Positions 29,700 to 43,000 of a stretch of DNA of 64,000 nucleotides are shown here, in pieces (position 1 is the stretch's first letter; every line of letters starts with the position of its first letter). Below the pieces are notes generated by a model, which worked only from the letters and a program-made list of their open reading frames with translations, was not told the origin of the DNA and ran no database searches. Source of the DNA: the human T2T-CHM13v2.0 reference genome, Homo sapiens; the NCBI RefSeq assembly GCF_009914755.1, contig NC_060933.1; one strand, written 5' to 3'. Made by a program: the position numbers and the translations under genes.

Positions 29700-32600
29700 C
29701 CATTCCATTGAAATCGAGTTGATTCCATTTCATTCCATTCCATTCCATTCCATTCCATTCCATTCCATTCCATTCCATTGCATTATATTCCGGTTAATTC
29801 CATTCCATTCCATTCCATTCCCTTCCATTCCATTCCATTCCATTCTATTAGGGTTAATTCCATTCCATTCCATTCCATTCCGTTCCATTGCAATCGAGTT
29901 GATTCCATTCCATTCCATTCCATTCCATTCAATTCCGGATGATTGCATTCCATTGCCTTCCATTCCATTCCATTCCCCTGCACTCGGGTTGATTCCATTC
30001 CATTCCTTTCCATTCCATTCCATTGCATTCCATTCCGTTCCATTCCATTCCATTACATTCGCATTGATTCTATTCCATTCCCTTATACTCCATTACATTC
30101 CATTCCATTCGGGTTGTTTCCATTCCATTCCATTCCACTCCATTCCATTGCAATCGGGTTGATTCCATTCCATTCCATTCCATTCCATTCCGTATGATTC
30201 CATTCCATTGCATTCCATTCCATTCCATTCCCCTGCACTCGGGTGGATTCCATTCTATTCCATTCCATTCCATTCCATTCCATTCCATTCCATTCCATTC
30301 CACTCCACTCCATGCCATTCCACTCGGGTTTATTCCATTCCTTTCCATTCCATTCGGGTTGAATCCATTCCATTCCATTCCATTCCACTCAATTCCATTA
30401 CATTGCACTCAGGTTGATTCCATTGCATTCCATTCCATTCCATTCCATTCCATTCCATTCCATTCCATTTCGTTCTTTTCCATTCTATTCCGTACCATTC
30501 CATTCCATTCCTTTGCATTCCATGCCATTCCACTCGGATTTATTCCATTCATTTCCATTCCATTCGGGTTGAATCCATTCCATTCCATTCCATTCCATTC
30601 CATTCCATTCCATTCCATTCCATTCTATTCCGTACCTTTCCATTCCATTCCATTCCATTCCATTCCATGCCATGCCATTCCACTCGGGTTGATTCCATTC
30701 CTTTCCATTCCATTCTAGTTGAATCCATTCCATTGCATTCCATTCCATTCGATTCCATTCAATTGCACACGGGTTCATTCCATTCCATTCCATTCCATTC
30801 CATTCCATTCCATTCCATTTCGTTCCATTCCATTCTATTCCGTACCATTCCCTTCCATTCCATTCCATTCCAGTCCATTCCATGCCATTCCACTCGGGTT
30901 TATTCCATTCCTTTCCATTCCATTCGGGTTGAATCCATTCCATTCCATTCCATTCCATTCCATTCCATTCCATTCCATTCCATGCCATTCAACTCGGGTT
31001 TATTCCATTCCTTTCGATTCCATTCGAGTTGAACCCATTCCATTCCATTCCATTCCATTCCATTCCATTGCTCACGGGTTCATTCCATTCCATTCCATTG
31101 CACTCCATTCCATTCCATCTCGTTCCATTCCATTCTACTCCATACCATTCCATTCTATTCCATTCCCTTCCATGCCATTTCACTCGGGTTTATTCCATTC
31201 CTTTCCATTCCATTCGGGTTGAATCCATTCCATTCCATTCCATTGCATTCCATTCCATTCCATTCCATTCCATTCCCCTGCAATCGGGTGGATTCCATTC
31301 TATTCCATTCCATTCCATTCCATTGCATTCCATTCCATTACATTCTATTCCGTTCCATTCCATTCCATGCCATTCCACTCGGGTTGATTCCATTGCTTTC
31401 CATTCCATTTGGGTTGAATCTAATCCATTCCATTCCATTCCATTCCATTCCATTCCATTGCACTAGGTTTGATTCCATTTCACTGCATTCCATTCCATTC
31501 CATTCCATTAAATTCCATTCCACTCTGGTTGATTCCATTCCTTTCCATTCCATTCGGGTTGAATCCATTCCATTCCATTCCATTACTTTCGATTCCATTC
31601 CATTGCACTCGGGTTGAACCCATTCCATTAGATTCCATTCCATTCCATTGCATTCCATTCCGTTCCATTCAATTCCATTACATTCGTATTGATTCTATTC
31701 AATTCCCTTACACTCCATTCCATTCCATTCCATTCGGGTTGTTTCCATTCCATTCCATTCCATTCCACTCCATTCCATTGCAATCGGGTTGATTCCATTC
31801 CATTCCATTCCATTCCATTCCATTCCGTATCATTCCATTCCATTGCATTCCATTCCATTCCATTCCCCTGCACTCGGGTAGATTCCATTCTATTCCATTC
31901 CATTCCATTCCACTCTATTCCATTCCATTCCATTCCATTCCATTCCATTCTATTCGGGTTAATTTCATTCCATTCCATTCCATTCCATTCCATTCCATTC
32001 CATTGAAATCGAGTTGATTCCATTTCATTCCATTCCATTCCATTCCATTCCATTCCATTGCATTCTATTCCGGTTAATTCCATTCCATTCCATTCCATTC
32101 CCTTCCATTCCATTCCATTCCATTCTATTAGGGTTAATTCCATTCCATTACATTCCATTACATTCCATTGCAATCGAGTTGATTCCATTCCATTCCATTC
32201 CATTCCATTCAATTCCGGATGATTGCATTCCATTGCCTTCCATTCCATTCCATTCCCCTGCACTCGGGTTGATTCCATTCCATTCCTTTCCATTCCATTC
32301 CATTCCATTCCATTCCATTCCATTTCGTTTCATTCCGTTCTATTCCGTACCATTCCATTCCATTCCATTCCATTCCATTCCATTTCATTCCATTCCATTC
32401 CATGCCATTCAACTCGGGTTTATTCCATTCCTTTCCATTCCATTCGGGTTGAATCCATTCCATTCCATTCCATTCCATTCCATTCAATTCCATTACATAG
32501 CACTCGGGTTGATTCCATTGCATTCCATTCCATTCCATTGCATTCCATTCCATTCCATTCCATTCCATTGCTTTCCATTCCATGCCATTCCACTCGGGTT

Positions 32601-35600
32601 GATTCCATTCCTTTCCATTCCATTCGAGTTGAACCCATTCCATTCCATTCCATTCCATTCCATTCCATTCCATTGCAATCGAATTGATTCCATTCCATTC
32701 CATTCCATTCCATTCCATGCCATTCCACTCGGGTTGATTCCATTGCTTTCCATTCCATTTGGGTTGAATCCAATCCATTCCATTGCATTCAATTCCATTC
32801 CTTTCCATTGCACTAGGTTTGATTCCATTCCACAGCATTCCATTCCATTCCATTCCATTCCATTCCATTCCACTCGGGATGATTCCATTCCTTTCCATTC
32901 CATTCGGGTTGAAACCATTCCATTCCATTCCATTCCTTTCGATTCCATTCCCTTACACTCGGGTTGATCCCATTCCTTTGCATTGCATTCCATTCCATTG
33001 CATTCCATTCCGTTCCATTCCATTCCATTACATTCGCATTGATTCTATTCCATTCCCTTACACTCCATTACATTCCATTCCATTCGGGTTGTTTCCATTC
33101 CATTCCATTCCATTCCACTCCATTCCATTGCAATCGGGTTGATTCCATTCCATTCCATTCCATTCCATTACGTATGATTCCATTCCATTCCATTCCACTC
33201 CATTCCATTGCAATCGGGTTGATTCCATTCCATTCCATTCCATTCCATTCCGTATGATTCCATTCCATTGCATTCCATTCCATTCCATTCCCCTGCACTC
33301 GGGTGGATTCCATTCTATTCCATTCCATTCCATTCCATTCCATTCCATTCCATTCCATTCCATTCCACTCCACTCCATGCCATTCCACTCGGGTTTATTC
33401 CATTCCTTTCCATTCCATTCGGGTTGAATCCATTCCATTCCATTCCATTCCACTCAATTCCATTACATTGCACTCGGGTTGATTCCATTGCATTCCATTC
33501 CATTCCATTCCATTCCATTCCATTCCATTCCATTTCGTTCTTTTCCATTCTATTCCGTACCATTCCATTCCATTCCTTTGCATTCCATGCCATTCCACTC
33601 GGGTTTATTCCATTCATTTCCATTCCATTCGGGTTGAATCCATTCCATTCCATTCCATTCCAATCCATTCCATTCCATTCCATTCTATTCCGTACCTTTC
33701 CATTCCATTCCATTCAATTCCATTCCATTCCATGCCATGCCATTCCACTCGGGTTGATTCCATTCCTTTCCATTCCATTCTAGTTGAATCCATTCCATTG
33801 CATTCCATTCCATTCGATTCCATTCAATTGCACACGGGTTCATTCCATTCCATTCCATTCCATTCCATTCCATTCCATTCCATTCCATTCCATTCCATTT
33901 CGTTCCATTCCATTCTATTCCGTACCATTCCCTTCCATTCCATTCCATTCCACTCCATTCCATGCCATTCCACTCGGGTTTATTCCATTCCTTTCCATTC
34001 CATTCGGGTTGAATCCATTCCATTCCATTTCATTCCATTCCATTCCATTCCATTCCATTCCATTCCATTCCATTCCATTCCATGCCATTCAACTCGGGTT
34101 TATTCCATTCCTTTCGATTCCATTCGAGTTGAACCCATTCCATTCCATTCCATTCCATTCCATTCCGTTGCTCACGGGTTCATTCCATTCCATTCCATTC
34201 CACTCCATTCCATTCCATCTCGTTCCATTCCATTCTACTCCATACCATTCCATTCTATTCCATTCCCTTCCATGCCATTTCACCGGGTTTATTCCATTCC
34301 TTTCCATTCCATTCGGGTTGAATCCATTCCATTCCATTCCATTGCATTCCATTCCATTCCATTCCATTCCATTCCCCTGCAATCGGGTGGATTCCATTCT
34401 ATTCCATTCCATTCCATTCCATTGCATTCCATTCCATTCCATTCTATTCCGTTCCATTCCATTCCATGCCATTCCACTCGGGTTGATTCCATTGCTTTCC
34501 ATTCCATTTGGGTTGAATCTAATCCATTCCATTCCATTCCATTCCATTCCATTCCATTGCACTAGGTTTGATTCCATTTCACTGCATTCCATTCCATTCC
34601 ATTCCATTAAATTCCATTCCACTCTGGTTGATTCCATTCCTTTCCATTCCATTCGGGTTGAATCCATTCCATTCCATTCCATTACTTTCGATTCCATTCC
34701 ATTGCACTCGGGTTGAACCCATTCCATTAGATTCCATTCCATTCCATTGCATTCCATTCCGTTCCATTCAATTCCATTACATTCGTATTGATTCTATTCA
34801 ATTCCCTTACACTCCATTCCATTCCATTCCATTCGGGTTGTTTCCATTCCATTCCATTCCATTCCACTCCATTCCATTGCAATCGGTTTGATTCCATTCC
34901 ATTCCATTCCATTCCATTCCGTATGATTCCATTCCATTGCATTCCATTCCATTCCATTCCCCTGCACTCGGGTGGATTCCATTCTATTCCATTCCATTCC
35001 ATTCCACTCTATTCCATTCCATTCCATTCCATTCCATTCCATTCCATTCCATTCTATTCGGGTTAATTTCATTCCATTCCATTCCATTCCATTCCATTGA
35101 AATCGAGTTGATTCCATTTCATTCCATTCCATTCCATTCCATTCCATTCCATTCCATTCCATTGCATTCTATTCCGGTTAATTCCATTCCATTCCATTCC
35201 ATTCCATTCCCTTCCATTCCATTCCATTCCATTCTATTAGGGTTAATTCCATTCCATTACATTCCATTACATTCCATTGCAATCGAGTTGATTCCATTCC
35301 ATTCCATTCCATTCCATTCAATTCCGGATGATTGCATTCCATTGCCTTCCATTCCATTCCATTCCCCTGCACTCGGGTTGATTCCATTCCATTCCTTTCC
35401 ATTCCATTCCATTCCATTCCATTCCATTCCATTTCGTTTCATTCCGTTCTATTCCGTACCATTCCATTCCATTCCATTCCATTCCATTCCATTTCATTCC
35501 ATTCCATTCCATGCCATTCAACTCGGGTTTATTCCATTCCTTTCCATTCCATTCGGGTTGAATCCATTCCATTCCATTCCATTCCATTCCATTCAATTCC

Positions 35601-38600
35601 ATTACATAGCACTCGGGTTGATTCCATTGCATTCCATTCCATTCCATTGCATTCCATTCCATTCCATTCCATTCCATTGCTTTCCATTCCATGCCATTCC
35701 ACTCGGGTTGATTCCATTCCTTTCCATTCCATTCTAGTTGAACCCATTCCATTCCATTCCATTCCATTCCATTCCATTCCATTGCAATCGAATTGATTCC
35801 ATTCCATTCCATTCCATTCCATTCCATTCCATTCCATGCCATTCCACTCGGGTTGATTCCATTGCTTTCCATTCCATTTGGGTTGAATCCAATCCATTCC
35901 ATTGCATTCAATTCCATTCCTTTCCATTGCACTAGGTTTGATTCCATTCCACAGCATTCCATTCCATTCCATTCCATTCCATTCCATTCCACTCGGGATG
36001 ATTCCATTCCTTTCCATTCCATTCGGGTTGAAACCATTCCATTCCATTCCATTCCTTTCGATTCCATTCCCTTACACTCGGGTTGATCCCATTCCTTTGC
36101 ATTGCATTCCATTCCATTGCATTCCATTCCGTTCCATTCCATTCCATTACATTCGCATTGATTCTATTCCATTCCCTTACACTCCATTACATTCCATTCC
36201 ATTCGGGTTGTTTCCATTCCATTCCATTCCATTCCACTCCATTCCATTGCAGTCGGGTTGATTCCATTCCATTCCATTCCATTCCATTCCGTATGATTCC
36301 ATTCCATTGCATTCCATTCCATTCCATTCCCCTGCACTCGGGTGGATTCCATTCTATTCCATTCCATTCCATTCCATTCCATTCCATTCCATTCCATTCC
36401 ACTCCACTCCATGCCATTCCACTCGGGTTTATTCCATTCCTTTCCATTCCATTCGGGTTGAATCCATTCCATTCCATTCCATTCCACTCAATTCCATTAC
36501 ATTGCACTCGGGTTGATTCCATTGCATTCCATTCCATTCCATTCCATTCCATTCCATTCCATTCCATTCCATTCCATTTCGTTCTTTTCCATTCTATTCC
36601 GTACCATTCCATTCCACTCCTTTGCATTCCATGCCATTCCACTCGGGTTTATTCCATTCATTTCCATTCCATTCCGGTTGAATCCATTCCATTCCATTCC
36701 ATTCCATTCCATTCCATTCCATTCTATTCCGTACCTTTCCATTCCATTCCATTCCATTCCATTCCATTCCATGCCATGCCATTCCACTCGGGTTGATTCC
36801 ATTCCTTTCCATTCCATTCTAGTTGAATCCATTCCATTGCATTCCATTCCATTCGATTCCATTCAATTGCACACGGGTTCATTCCATTCCATTCCATTCC
36901 ATTCCATCCCATTCCATTCCATTCCATTCCATTTCCTTCCATTCCATTCTATTCCGTACCATTCCCTTCCATTCCATTCCATTCCACTCCATTCCATGCC
37001 ATTCCACTCGGGTTTATTCCATTCCTTTCCATTCCATTCGGGTTGAATCCATTCCATTCCATTCCATTCCATTCCATTCCATTCCATTCCATGCCATTCA
37101 ACTCGGGTTTATTCCATTCCTTTCGATTCCATTCGAGTTGAACCCATTCCATTCCATTCCATTCCATTCCATTCCATTGCTCACGGGTTCATTCCATTCC
37201 ATTCCATTCCACTCCATTCCATTCCATCTCGTTCCATTCCATTCTACTCCATACCATTCCATTCTATTCCATTCCCTTCCATGCCATTTCACTCGGGTTT
37301 ATTCCATTCCTTTCCATTCCATTCGGGTGGAATCCATTCCATTCCATTCCATTGCATTCCATTCCATTCCATTCCATTCCATTCCCCTGCAATCGGGTGG
37401 ATTCCATTCTATTCCATTCCATTCCATTCCATTGCATTCCATTCCATTCCATTCTATTCCGTTCCATTCCATTCCATGCCATTCCACTCGGGTTGATTCC
37501 ATTGCTTTCCATTCCATTTGGGTTGAATCTAATCCATTCCATTCCATTCCATTCCATTCCATTCCATTGCACTAGGTTTGATTCCATTTCACTGCATTCC
37601 ATTCCATTCCATTCCATTAAATTCCATTCCACTCTGGTTGATTCCATTCCTTTCCATTCCATTCGGGTTGAATCCATTCCATTCCATTCCATTACTTTCG
37701 ATTCCATTCCATTGCACTCGGGTTGAACCCATTCCATTAGATTCCATTCCATTCCATTGCATTCCATTCCGTTCCATTCAATTCCATTACATTCGTATTG
37801 ATTCTATTCAATTCCCTTACACTCCATTCCATTCCATTCCATTCGGGTTGTTTCCATTCCATTCCATTCCATTCCACTCCATTCCATTGCAATCGGGTTG
37901 ATTCCATTCCATTCCATTCCATTCCATTCCATTCCGTATCATTCCATTCCATTGCATTCCATTCCATTCCATTCCCCTGCACTCGGGTGGATTCCATTCT
38001 ATTCCATTCCATTCCATTCCACTCTATTCCATTCCATTCCATTCCATTCCATTCCATTCCATTGAAATCGAGTTGATTCCATTTCATTCCATTCCATTCC
38101 ATTCCATTCCATTCCATTGCATTCTATTCCGGTTAATTCCATTCCATTCCATTCCATTCCCTTCCATTCCATTCCATTCCATTCTATTAGGGTTAATTCC
38201 ATTCCATTACATTCCATTACATTCCATTGCAATTGAGTTGATTCCATTCCATTCCATTCCATTCCATTCAATTCCGGATGATTGCATTCCATTGCCTTCC
38301 ATTCCATTCCATTCCCCTGCACTCGGGTTGATTCCATTCCATTCCTTTCCATTCTATTCCATTCCATTCCATTCCATCCCATTTCGTTTCATTCCGTTCT
38401 ATTCCGTACCATTCCATTCCATTCCATTCCATTCCATTCCATTCCATTTCATTCCATTCCATTCCATGCCATTCCACTCAGGTTGATTCCATTCCTTTCC
38501 ATTCCATTCGACTTGAATCCATTCCATTCCATTCCATTCCATTCCATTCCATTGCACACGGGTTCATTCCATTGCATTCCATTCCATTCCATTCCATTCC

Positions 38601-40050
38601 ATTCCATTCCATTCCATTCCATGCCATTCCACTCGGGTTGATTCCATTCCTTTCCGTTCCATTCGAGTTGAACCCATTCCGTTCCATTCCATTCCATTCC
38701 ATTCCATTCCATTCCATTCCATTCCATTGCACACGGGTTCATTCCATTCCATTCCATTACATTACATTCCATTGCATTTCGTTCCATTCCATTCTATTCC
38801 GTACCATTCCATTCCATTCCATTCCATTCCATTCCATTCCATTCCACTCCATTCCATGCCATTCCACTCGGGTTTATTCCATTCCTTTCCATTCCATTCG
38901 GGTTGAATCCATTCCACTCCATTCCATTCCATTCCATTCAATTCCATTACATAGCACTCGGGTTGATTCCATTGCATTCCATTCCATTCCATTGCATTCC
39001 ATTCCATTCCATTCCATTCCATTGCTTTCCATTCCATGCCATTCCACTCGGGTTGATTCCATTCCTTTCCATTCCATTCGAGTTGAACCCATTCCATTCC
39101 ATTCCATTCCATTCCATTGCAATCGAATTGATTCCATTCCATTCCATTCCATTCCATTCCATTCCATTCCATTCCATGCCATTCCACTCGGGTTGATTCC
39201 ATTGCTTTCCATTCCATTTGGGTTGAATCCAATCCATTCCATTGCATTCAATTCCATTCCTTTCCATTGCACTAGGTTTGATTCCATTCCACAGCATTCC
39301 ATTCCATTCCATTCCATTCCATTCCATTCCACTCGGGATGATTCCATTCCTTTCCATTCCATTCGGGTTGAAACCATTCCATTCCATTCCATTCCTTTCG
39401 ATTCCATTCCCTTACACTCGGGTTGATCCCATTCCATTGCACTGCATTCCATTCCATTGCATTCCATTCCGTTCCATTCCATTCCATTACATTCGCATTG
39501 ATTCTATTCCATTCCCTTACACTCCATTACATTCCATTCCATTCGGGTTGTTTCCATTCCATTCCATTCCATTCCACTCCATTCCATTGCAATCGGGTTG
39601 ATTCCATTCCATTCCATTCCATTCCATTCCATTCCGTATGATTCCATTCCATTGCATTCCATTCCATTCCATTCCCCTGCACTCGGGTGGATTCCATTCT
39701 ATTCCATTCCATTCCATTCCATTCCATTCCATTCCACTCCACTCCATGCCATTCCACTCGGGTTTATTCCATTCCTTTCCATTCCATTCGGGTTGAATCC
39801 ATTCCATTCCTTTCCATTCCACTCAATTCCATTACATTGCACTCGGGTTGATTCCATTGCATTCCATTCCATTCCATTCCATTCCATTCCATTCCATTCC
39901 ATTTCGTTCTTTTCCATTCTATTCTGTACCATTCCATTCCATTCTTTGCATTCCATGCCATTCCACTCGGGTTTATTCCATTCATTTCTATTCCATTCGG
40001 GTTGAATCCATTCCATTCCATTCCATTCCATTCCATTCCATTCCATTCCA
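29700..40050 (+). repeat. Tandem higher-order repeat, unit ~3.0-3.1 kb, about 3.3 copies
   Basis: Rare markers recur at ~3 kb spacing: CGCATTGATT 30060/33035/36154/39494; CTAGTTGAATCC 30715/33780/36819; CTCACGGG 31071/34171/37180; GAATCTAATCC 31416/34515/37525; TAGATTCC 31629/34738/37738; ACATAG 32495/35604/38949; CACAGC 32831/35950/39290. Confidence 0.9.
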
Positions 40051-43000
40051 ATCCATTCCATTCCATTGCACTAGGTTTGATTCCATTCCGCTGCATTCCA
40101 TTCCATTCCATTCCATTCCATTCCGTTCCATTCCATTCCATTACATTCGGTTTGATTGTATTCAATTCCCTTACACTCCATTTCATTCCATTCCATTCAG
40201 TTTGTTTCCATTCCATTCCAATCCATTCCACTCCATTCCATTGCACTCGGGTTGATTGCATTCCATTCCATTCCATTCTACTCCATTTCGTTCCATTCCA
40301 TTCTATTCGGTAGCATTCCATTCCATTCCATTCCAATCCATTCCATTCCATGCCATTCCACTTGGGTTGATTCCCTTCCTTTCCATTCCATTCGGGTTGA
40401 ATCCATTCCATTCCATTCCATTCCATTCCATTCCATTCCTTTCAATTCCATTGCACACGGGTTGGTTCCATTCCATTCCTTTCCGTTCCATTCCGGATGT
40501 CTCCATTCCATTGCATTCCATTCCATTCCATTCCCCTGCACTCGGGTTCATTACCTTCCATTCCATTTACTTCCATTCCATTCCATTCCATTCTATTCTG
40601 GTTAATTCCATTCCATTCCATTCTATTCCATTCCATTCCATTCCATTCCATTCCATTTCATTCCATTCCATTCCATTCCATTCCATTGCAATCGAGTTGA
40701 TTCCATTCCATTCCATTCAATTCCGGATGATTCCATTCCATTGCCTTCAATTCCATTCCATTCCCCTGCACTCGGGTTGATTCCATTCCATTCCATTCCA
40801 TTCCATTCCATTCCATTCCGGTCCATTCCATTCCATTCCATTCTGTTCAGGTTAATTCGATTCCATTCCTTTCCCTTAAATTCCATTCCATTCCATCCCA
40901 TTGCAATCGAGTTGATTCCATTGCATTCCATTCCATTACATTCCATTGCATTCCATTCCATTCCATTCCCTTGCACTCAGGTTGATTCCATTCGATTCCT
41001 TTCCATTCCATTCCATTCGGGTTGTTTCCATTCCATTCCATTCCATTCCACTCCATTCCATTGCAATCGGGTTGATTCCATTCCATTCCATTGCATTCCA
41101 TTCCATTCCATTCCATTCCGTATGATTCCATTACATTGCATTCCATTCCATTCCATTCCCCTGCACTCGGTTGGATTCCATTCAATTCCATTCCATTCCA
41201 TTCCATTCCATTCCATTCCATTCCATTCCATTCCATTCGGGTTAATTTCATTGCATTCCATTCCATTCCCTTCCATTCCCTTCCATTCCATTCCATTCCA
41301 TTCAATTGAAATCGAGTTGATTCCATTCCATTCCATTCCATTCCACTCCATTCTATTCGGGTTAATTCCATTCCATTCCATTCCATTCCATTCCCTTCCA
41401 TTCCATTCCATTCCATTCCATTCCATTCCATTCAATTCCATTCTATTAGGGTTAATTCCATTCCATTCCATTCCATTCCATTCCATTCCATTCTATTCCA
41501 CTCCATTCCATGCCATTCCACTCGGGTTTATTCCATTCCTTTCCATTCCATTCGGGTTGAATCCATTCCATTCAATTCCATTCCATTCCATTCCATTCCA
41601 TTCCATTCCATTCCATTCCATTCCATGCCATTACACTCGGGTTGATTCCATTCCTTTCCATTCCATTCGAATTGAACCCATTCCATTCCATTCCATTCCA
41701 TTCCATTCCATTTCGTTCCATTCCATTCTATTCCTTACCATTCCACTCCATTCCATTCCCTTCCATGCCATTTCACTCGGGTTTATTCCATTCCTTTCCA
41801 TTCCATTCGGGTTGAATCCATTCCATTCCATTCCATTCCATTCGATTCCATTCCATTCAACTCGGGTTGATTCCATTCCATTCCATGCCATTCCATTTCA
41901 TTCCATTCCATTCCATTCCATTCCATTCCATTCCATTCCATTCCGTTCCATTACATTCGGATTGATTCTTTTTAATTCCCTTACACTCCATTACATTCCA
42001 TTCCATTCGGGTACTTTCCATTCCATTCCATTCCATTCCACTGCATTCTATTGCACTCGGGTTGATTGATTCCATTCCATTGCATTCCATTCCATTCCAT
42101 TCCCCTGCACTCAGGTTGATCCCATTCCATTGCATTCCATTCCATTCCATTCCATTCCATTCCGTTCCATTCCATTCCATTCCATTCTGTTCAGGTTAAT
42201 TCCATTCCATTCCATTCCCTTCCATTCCGTTCCATTCCATTCCATTCCATTCCATTCCATTCTATTCAGGTTAATTCCATTCCATTCCATTCCCTTCCAT
42301 TCCATTCCATTCCATTCCATCCCATTGCAATCTAGTTGATTCCATTGCATTGCATTCCATTCCATTCCATTCCATTACATTCCATTCCATTCCATTCCCC
42401 TGCACTCAGATTGATTCCATTCCATCCCATTCCATTCCATTCCGTTCCATTCCATTCCATTCCATTCTATTCGCTTTAATTCCATTCCATTCCATTCCAT
42501 TACATTCCATTGTAATCGAGTTGATTCCATTCCATTCCGTTACATTCCATTCCATTCCATTCCATTTCGTTCCATTCCATTCTATTCTGTACCTTTCCAT
42601 TCCATTCCATTCCATTCCATTCCATTCCATTCCATTCCATTCCATTCCATGCCATTCCAATCGGGTTGATTCCATTGCTTTCCATTCCATTTGGGTTGAT
42701 TCCAATCCATTCCATTCCATTCCATTCCATTCCATTGCACTAGGTTTGATTCCATTCCACTGCATTCCATTCCATTCCATTCCGTTCCATTCCATTCCAT
42801 TACATTTGGATTGATTGTATTCAATTCCCTTACACTCCATTACATTCCATTCCATTCGGGTTGTTTCCATTCCATTACATTCCTTTCCACTCCATTCCAT
42901 TGCAATCGGGTTGATTCCATTCCATTCCATTGCATTCCATTCCATTCCATTCCATTCCGTATGATTCCATTCCATTGCATTCCATTCCATTCCATTCCCC

